A stretch of 55,132 bases of DNA from a virus (lineage: Duplodnaviria; Caudoviricetes), in the IMG/VR virus record IMGVR_UViG_3300025971_000014, positions 1 to 55,132 of that record; one strand, 5' to 3'. The position numbers and the translations under genes are program-made. The notes below the pieces were generated by a model, which did not search any database, was not told the DNA's origin, and worked only from the letters and a program-made list of their open reading frames with translations. Positions 54,658 through 55,132 of this stretch are shown here, one piece after another. Position 1 is the stretch's first letter. Every line of letters begins with the position of its first letter.

Positions 54658-55065
54658 TCAGTCCCAGGGCTTTAGAACGCCACCCTGACCGCGGGACTTC
54701 TTCGCGTCGTAACGGGACGACTGAGACAACCTCATCTTCATCGCGAGGTCGGAAATCGCCCGGTTCTGGCGGTCCTGGAGCGAGAACAACCGGCTCCATT
54801 CGTTGTGGTTGAACTCCCCCTCCGCGCACTCCAGTTGATCGATCAGGGAGGCCACCTTCCGCGAGTTGACGATATGCCGACAGTAAGCCTCGAGCAGCGG
54901 CCAGGTCTCCCGCGGGAAGTGATCCGCCGGCATCGCCGAGACGATCTCCGCCCACTCATGAGCCGCATCCGGGCCCAGGTATTTGGGCGCTGGCGGACGC
55001 TGCAGCAGGGTGACCGGACGCAACGCTACGGCCGCCGCTGACACCCTTCCTCTTTGCCCTTCCAT
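54658..55065 (-). CDS. terS: Terminase small subunit (P27-like)
   Basis: P.AP..L..A..EW..IV, LEAYC, L...MRLS..SR; precedes TerL. Confidence 0.85.
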   Translation of the reverse strand: MEGQRGRVSAAAVALRPVTLLQRPPAPKYLGPDAAHEWAEIVSAMPADHFPRETWPLLEAYCRHIVNSRKVASLIDQLECAEGEFNHNEWSRLFSLQDRQNRAISDLAMKMRLSQSSRYDAKKSRGQGGVLKPWD

Positions 55066-55132
55066 ATCAGACCTTTAGCCTAGCCTCGCTTCGCTGCGGC
55101 GCGTCATAGGACGCCGATTAGCGTTGCTCGGC

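Larger units (their letters stand above)
1..55132. mobile_element. Near-complete siphovirus-like (HK97/lambda-type) phage genome
   Basis: Full set of packaging, head, neck, tail, lysis and recombination genes with no host housekeeping genes. HNH at one end and TerS at the other become adjacent on circularisation. Confidence 0.93.

Noticed and set aside
20305-55041. Many long plus-strand ORFs antisense to the late genes
   Set aside because: Expected shadows of high-GC coding sequence; no motifs or RBS support.
55066-55132. Exact cos site at the window junction
   Set aside because: The position between HNH and TerS fits, but the cut site and true terminal continuity cannot be determined without reads.
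1-55132. Stop-codon reassignment
   Set aside because: Core genes are full length in the standard code and TAA, TAG and TGA all serve as stops.

Overview
The window reads as a near-complete ~55 kb tailed-phage genome (HK97/lambda-like siphovirus layout, GC-rich), opened between the packaging HNH gene (left end) and the small terminase (right end). It has three parts. (1) A leftward early/middle operon (1-8.1 kb) with three DNA methyltransferases, nucleases and a Q-like gene followed by a late promoter/terminator. (2) A rightward early operon (8.2-13.6 kb) with ERF, a YqaJ exonuclease and small modular ORFs. (3) A long minus-strand late operon (55.1 to 13.6 kb) with terminases, protease-capsid fusion, portal, neck, tail, an OmpA-like barrel and lysis genes. 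No integrase, CI-type repressor, helicase, primase or polymerase is recognisable. The main signal is a ~22 kb block between two normally adjacent neck genes. It carries a ~13.4 kb cluster for sugar synthesis, transfer and methylation, plus a fibre-like module. Thirteen predicted virion proteins together carry 26 Gly-Ser-Pro (GSP) tripeptides with varied codons, while portal, tape measure, chaperones, terminases and the glycan enzymes carry none. This suggests a phage-encoded virion O-glycosylation system with a GSP sequon (inference). Other observations: a C5 methyltransferase split over two overlapping frames, a tRNA-shaped RNA antisense to the lysis region, a structured element where a replication initiator is expected, and a repeat scaffold with three inserts matching three paralogues. 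All family calls come from motif reading by eye; no searches were run.
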